From: the human T2T-CHM13v2.0 reference genome, Homo sapiens | Assembly: GCF_009914755.1 (NCBI RefSeq) | Contig: NC_060942.1 | Direction: 5' to 3' (one strand) | Length of the DNA stretch: 64,000 nt | Shown: positions 60,550 through 64,000 of the stretch, in pieces | Position numbering within the stretch: position 1 is the stretch's first letter | Layout of the letters: each line of letters begins with the position of its first letter | Translations under genes and position numbers: made by a program | The notes under the pieces: generated by a model | What the model was told of the DNA's origin: nothing | The model's input: the letters and a program-made list of their open reading frames with translations, nothing else | Database searches by the model: none

Positions 60550-61710
60550 TGTAGACCCGGAGGCGCAGGCCCAGGGCTCGCCTCACCCGCCCGGAGTGGC
60601 TCCCTCACTCCTGCCCCTGGTGGCCCTGCCACAGGGAAATGGCCAGGCCCATTTCTGCCGGGGTGACGGCAGCTCTGCGCCTGGCCCGAGGAGCAGGGCG
60701 AGGAGCAGGTTGAGCCGGGCGCAGCGGGTCCAAGGCACCAGTGAGGGTCCGGCCCACGGAGGCCGGAGGAGGCGGCGGGTCCGTCTGGTTCCCTCCCAAC
60801 CCCCGTCCCCGCGCCCCGGCCGCCCCCGGTTACCTGTGCGAGTCCTGGTCTCCCCCGGGGGACGCTCCCGCCGGCGCTCAGTACGGGCGATTGGCGTCTT
60901 TGGGCCGCTTCAGCTGCACCTTGAGCCTCTTCATGCCGATCTGGAAGCCGTTCATGGCCTGGATGGCGGTCTGCGCGCTGGCCGGGTTGTCGAAGCTCAC
61001 GAAGCCTGGCGAGACACGAGGGACGAGGGCCTGGGTTTCCACGGGGCCGCCCGGGGCGCTGCCGGCGGGGAGGGGTCGGGGGACAGGGGGGCGGGGCGGG
61101 CCTGAGGCTCTCCCCCTCGGGCCCCGCCCCCGGCCCCGCCCCGGTGCCCGCCCCTCTCCAGCCCGCGCGCGCGTGCTAGGCCCCTCCGGGGGCAGGCGCT
61201 GGCGGGGACCCGGCTCGCTGACCTGCGCCTAGTCTCTGGCCGCGTCACTCGCCCGGCGCCCGCTCCCCAAGTGGGGCCCGCGGCCGGGCGGCGCTGGGAG
61301 AGGCGCCCGCCCCCCACCCCCGCCGGCCCCGGCACCTCAGCCCTCGCCTCGGCGGGAGAGGGCGGACACACCTGCGGGTGGAGGAGTTTATTGGACACTG
61401 TCCTCCCTGACAGGAGGGGGCCTGGCAGCGCGCGGGCACAGGGTGCCGGCCTGGGGAGAGAGACGAGTGCGAGGGGCCGGGAGGGAGGCGCCGCCGAGAA
61501 ACTTCTCCACCGCCGGCCCGGCCGCCCCCCTCGCCACCGCAGGTGCCCGGCTGTCGGAGGAGGCCCAGAGGCTGAGCCCTCGCGGGCCCTCCGCCCCCAC
61601 TCCCGGCCTCTGCCCGCCCCGCCAGGCTCCGGGTGGGCCCTGGGCGTCACCTCGCCCCGGGCGCCGTCGGCACCTCTCTTCTCCACGCCCTGCGCCGTGG
61701 ACTAAGCACG
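60550..61710. promoter_or_regulatory. Intragenic CpG island spanning the CELF4 last coding exon
   Basis: Very high GC with dense CpG and GC boxes (ggggcggggc). Confidence 0.85.
60878..61005 (-). CDS. CELF4: Last coding exon of CELF4 (CUGBP Elav-like family member 4), C-terminal half of RRM3: (G)[41 protein letters not shown]
   Basis: The minus-strand translation gives the CELF3-6 subfamily C-terminus with RNP1 GFVSF. Acceptor ctcgtgtctcgccAG|GC at 61006/61005, TGA at 60880-60878, donor CAG|GTAACC at 60834/60833. Confidence 0.95.
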
Positions 61711-63631
61711 CACCAGCTGATATGTCCATAACAAGTCACAAGACCATCAGTGCAAATCAGGCCACAGCCCTCCGTGCAGAAGCGCTTCCCACGCGTTCAC
61801 TCCTGTGCCCAGATGGCATGCAGAACCTTGCGGCTCCCAGGCCCAACCGCGCAGGTCCCAGATGGGCACAGGTCATGTTCCCAAAATGAGGTCAGAAGTC
61901 ACCTTTGGGGAACTCTGAATGCATCTCTTCATACAGACAACATTTTACATCAGCATTTCCCAAACTGGCCCTAATAGGTGCTCCTCGAGAAAGGGCTTGT
62001 GTGGTCAGGAGGTTTAGAGCCAGGCCCACTGGGCCAGTGCAGCATATCAACAAATAACGTCCCCTCCCTCACCGAGTTGTAGTAAATGAACCTTTATAGC
62101 TTTGTTTAATCTAGTATTTCCTTGAATTCATTCGACTTTAGAGGCCTTTTCTCCTGTAAAAAGGACTTAGATCCTGCAAAATATATGAAAGCTTGGCGAG
62201 ATACTGAGGCGTTCCCATGAACGTGCCCGTTGCGTAATGGTCCCCAAATGGCCATTAGGTATAAGACAGAGATGCACAGCCACCCGGGAGTGAAGTAGAA
62301 GCCGTCTTCTCAGTTTATTGTCTGTGGTACCTCGGGCCTGCCTTGGGACTTCTCTCCAAGAAAGAGAGCCCTTCCTCACTTTCCCTACCTGCTGGTTCTT
62401 TTTCCCTCTTTCCCTCTGCCCCAGATGCTGCCTCCATCGTCTCTTTCTTTCTCTCCTCTCCTTCCTGCCTTGCTCAAGTTTGCTCCTACAGCCGAACAAG
62501 CGCAACAATTGGTCAGAGCTGGGCCCAGAGCAACAAAACTAACCTCTGTATAAATATAGATACCAGAATAAATAGGGAGAATTTCAGCTGATCCATACGA
62601 GATTCGCCTCCAGCCATATTTCCACCAGCTCCCCTCAGCCCCTCCTGGCCCGTCCCCACCTCCGCTGACCTGTATGTCTAATCACTAAAGTCAAGTTACG
62701 TCAAGTAAAAGTCAAGTACTTAGTAAACCAGAGCAGTTTTCAAATATGTGAATTGTGTGTTGATACTGCTTTCCCCAGAATAAGGAAGGTGGCTGGACAA
62801 AAGCCTGTCCCTGCCAGGACAAGGTAGCCTGACTATGGGGGACATGCTGCCCCTCATTCTTCTCATCATCCACCTGAGCTCAAAGAAGGGAGGGGAAAGA
62901 AGATAAAAAGGGCTGGAGGAGCTGTCTAGGGCACAGGCGTAGCGGCAGGCAGAACCACTGTGTGGGGAGGGCAGAGAGGAAGTTCTGGAGGAGGGCAGAA
63001 GCCCAGCCTTCCTGGAAGAGTTTAGAGGTCCTCGGAAGCCCGAGAGTTGAGAAGCAGTCCAGGGTCAAGGGAATTTTTCTTCCCTTGAACTGTTAGTAAC
63101 TGGCTAGCAGTCTGAGCAGGGTCCCTCCCCTGCAGACTGGAGGCCCCTGTGGCAGGGCTCTGGGCACTGTCTCCCAAGTTCATGGTTCCAGGACCGTCTT
63201 CCTTCTTCCAGAGCTACCTCTCCTTCCCTCCTCCTATCCTCAGAAGGTTTCTGCTCCCAGGCCCTGTGGGAAGGCCCGCAGATAGAATCCCCCTATGGTA
63301 TTCCCCCAGCCCTCCTTCCAACATAGGAACATTTGTGCTAGACATGCCCTCATGAAGGTATCTGGAAGATTCTGCTCATAAATTTACACGTGTGCTTATA
63401 AAGAGTGAATGTGGCCTTTGAGGAGTTCACTTTAACATAGGGCCACTTTTATAGCAAAAATAGCACTTTAAGAACAAAGGGGACCTAGCACTTCCTGAGG
63501 GTCTGCCCTGGGTAAGCTCCCTCACAGCATCCCTGGGGCGATGATTAAAATCCCCTTTTCACAAAGGAAGAGATTGAGGCTCACAGGGTTAAATGACTTG
63601 TCCATGAGGGAATGCTGAAGTTAGGTATCAC

Positions 63632-64000
<369 letters not shown>

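Noticed and set aside
60997-61686. 229-aa minus-strand ORF (and overlapping 113-169 aa ORFs) in the CpG island
   Set aside because: Low-complexity Arg/Pro/Gly/Ala ORFs arise from stop-codon scarcity in GC-rich DNA. This one enters the CELF4 exon out of frame and stops after 2 codons.
61690-61710. Possible REST/RE1 motif (ctgcgccgtggactaag)
   Set aside because: Too many mismatches to the RE1 consensus to support

Overview
This is primate (human) genomic DNA, recognisable as the convergent 3' ends of two genes, consistent with chr18q12.2. KIAA1328/hinderin is on the + strand: its last intron fills 1-29087, the terminal coding exon is 29088-29298, and the 3'UTR runs to AATAAA at 32374. CELF4 is on the - strand: the last coding exon 61005-60834 encodes the end of RRM3, followed by an ~8.6 kb 3'UTR intron and a non-coding terminal exon ~52265-50105. 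Most of the rest is interspersed repeat: a decayed ERV1 provirus with a human-specific AluYb8 in its LTR, a full-length antisense L1PA carrying a solo LTR and sitting inside a hAT transposon, Tigger1, Alus, L2 and MIR. There is no prokaryote-type system (CRISPR etc.), and most ORFs in the track are repeat-derived or spurious. The best novelty candidate is an open L1 ORF0 whose second splice donor is in frame with the KIAA1328 terminal exon 2.3 kb downstream, predicting a 133-aa ORF0-hinderin fusion. Other candidates are an alternative KIAA1328 last exon, UG-rich alternative 3'UTR exons of CELF4 with possible NMD autoregulation, a tandem miR-133/miR-9 site, and a CGG-containing CpG island in the CELF4 3'UTR. 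Gene names, repeat subfamilies and old-repeat boundaries come from recognition by eye, not database searches.
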